A stretch of 63,927 nt of DNA, counting the filler, from Piptocephalis cylindrospora (lineage: Eukaryota): NCBI GenBank assembly GCA_003614145.1. It is 10 parts of 10 records of this genome, joined end to end, with 100 filler letters (N's around TTAATTAATTAA, not from the genome) between each part and the next. Parts side by side here need not be neighbours in the genome. Positions count along the whole stretch, not along the records: positions 57,895 to 63,927 come from KZ988315.1; 9 more parts are not named here. One strand, given 5' to 3'. The position numbers and the translations under genes were made by a program. Positions 62,997-63,927 of the stretch are shown in pieces; the first letter of the stretch is position 1, and every line of letters begins with the position of its first letter. Below the pieces are notes generated by a model, which saw nothing but the letters and a program-made list of their open reading frames with translations, was not told the DNA's origin and did not search any database.

Positions 62997-63927
62997 TTAA
63001 CCATTATGGGCGTGACGCCTAAGTTGTCCAGAAAATTCTTTCGTAACCGAGGTAATCCAGCCTAGAGTAGTCTGCGCAACATCATAGCTTGTGCTCTTAG
63101 CTTCACGGAGGGACTGCAAGGCTTTATAGTACTGATAGCCCTCATTAGCTTTGGGCGGAGCATTTGGGAGCTGTTCAACCTCATGAAGTGCATTTTGGAG
63201 CGCCTCAACGCCTTCGAAATGTGGCTTAACCATGCCCACGCTCATGAGAGGGACGGCCGTGGCAGCTAGCCAGTATTTACGGTCCCCAATGGCAGGATGC
63301 TTGGATTCGGAAGTTCTGGCCTCACTAAGCGAACGGGGCCTCTGGAGGACTTCTTGCAGAAAACTGGCAATCCGTAGCATATGGTAGGTCTGAGGAATGA
63401 CGACAAGAAGCTTCTCGAAGGCCCGTAAATCATAATAATCATTGGCATCGATCTTGGCCGCGGCAGCATAGTCATTCGCATCGGTAAAGTCTTTCTTTTT
63501 GAACAGGGTGATAAGGAAGTCGACATGGCTTCGGGTGTTTTTCTTGGTCATGGCATTAGTTATCCTCCAGGCATCATCCCTCTTGGGTTGAATCACCTTC
63601 ATGGCCTCGATAAGATAGGGTAAGGCAGCGGAAGAACGACGAAGATTCTCCATAACCTCGAGGGCCTGTTTCTGAGAAAAGGACCCGTGGGAGTCCTTTC
63701 GAAGCTTCTTTCTGGCTTCTGCAAGATGATTACTCCCAGTGTCAAGCTGATCGTGAACTTTAGAGAGGGCTTCCTTATAAGCTCCTCTATCCTTAGCTTT
63801 ATTCGCGGAAGCATGCGCTAGTGTCTTGACATCCTTAGGATGGAAAAGGTCAGACGCTGTATCAGCGCTAGATGGCCCATGATGCTGGGATGAGCTTGAG
63901 GTCGAGTGTGAGGGGGAAGGGGTGGGA
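62997..63927 (-). CDS. Orphan family protein, paralogue B, 5'-truncated
   Basis: Frame open from the window end (PTPSPSHSTSS...DLFHPKDVKTLA...MENLRRSSAALP...LITLFKKKDFTDA...YHMLRI). Confidence 0.8.
   Translation of the reverse strand, partial: PTPSPSHSTSSSSQHHGPSSADTASDLFHPKDVKTLAHASANKAKDRGAYKEALSKVHDQLDTGSNHLAEARKKLRKDSHGSFSQKQALEVMENLRRSSAALPYLIEAMKVIQPKRDDAWRITNAMTKKNTRSHVDFLITLFKKKDFTDANDYAAAAKIDANDYYDLRAFEKLLVVIPQTYHMLRIASFLQEVLQRPRSLSEARTSESKHPAIGDRKYWLAATAVPLMSVGMVKPHFEGVEALQNALHEVEQLPNAPPKANEGYQYYKALQSLREAKSTSYDVAQTTLGWITSVTKEFSGQLRRHAHNG

Noticed and set aside
57895..63927. Cargo-carrying DNA transposon with 33-bp terminal inverted repeats
   Set aside because: The inverted match is coding sequence inside two paralogous ORFs that run off both ends. 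No transposase motif is visible and no target-site duplication can be assessed.

Overview
Eukaryotic, gene-dense fungal DNA with short (~60-110 bp) spliceosomal introns. The protein style suggests an early-diverging fungus; a Zoopagomycota mycoparasite such as Piptocephalis is a guess, not a determination. The window is not contiguous: ten ~6.0-6.4 kb contigs in non-increasing length order are joined by nine artificial 100-bp linkers (44N-TTAATTAATTAA-44N), so adjacency across linkers is meaningless. Most genes are housekeeping: half-size ABCA transporter, mitochondrial S12, Pls1-like tetraspanin, TYW3, PEX7, ROK1, Mix14-like CHCH protein (two copies), ATG2, SET protein, DUF2011-like protein, UBR7, DSN1, GPR89, PCT1, GYP8/TBC1D20, GCN2, NOP12, POP8-like, SR protein, SCO1, FG-nucleoporin, URC4, TFIIIC subunit, UTP7, LaeA-like methyltransferase, F-box/LRR and ALG14. 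There are also several orphan or secreted proteins. The most notable signals are: (1) a probable AT-AC intron in GYP8/TBC1D20 and an AT-AG intron in UBR7; (2) an 820-bp intron with a candidate poison exon at SWQ^DLKD of the SR gene; (3) an F-box/LRR gene split at CCC-CTT-TGA that needs a +1 shift; (4) two convergent orphan paralogues whose near-identical 5' ends form both ends of the last contig; (5) two short repeat-spacer motif arrays in intergenic DNA; (6) amplification or assembly artefacts (a 1196-bp duplication truncating ATG2 and a 55-bp k-mer-like repeat). All gene names come from motif recognition, not database searches.
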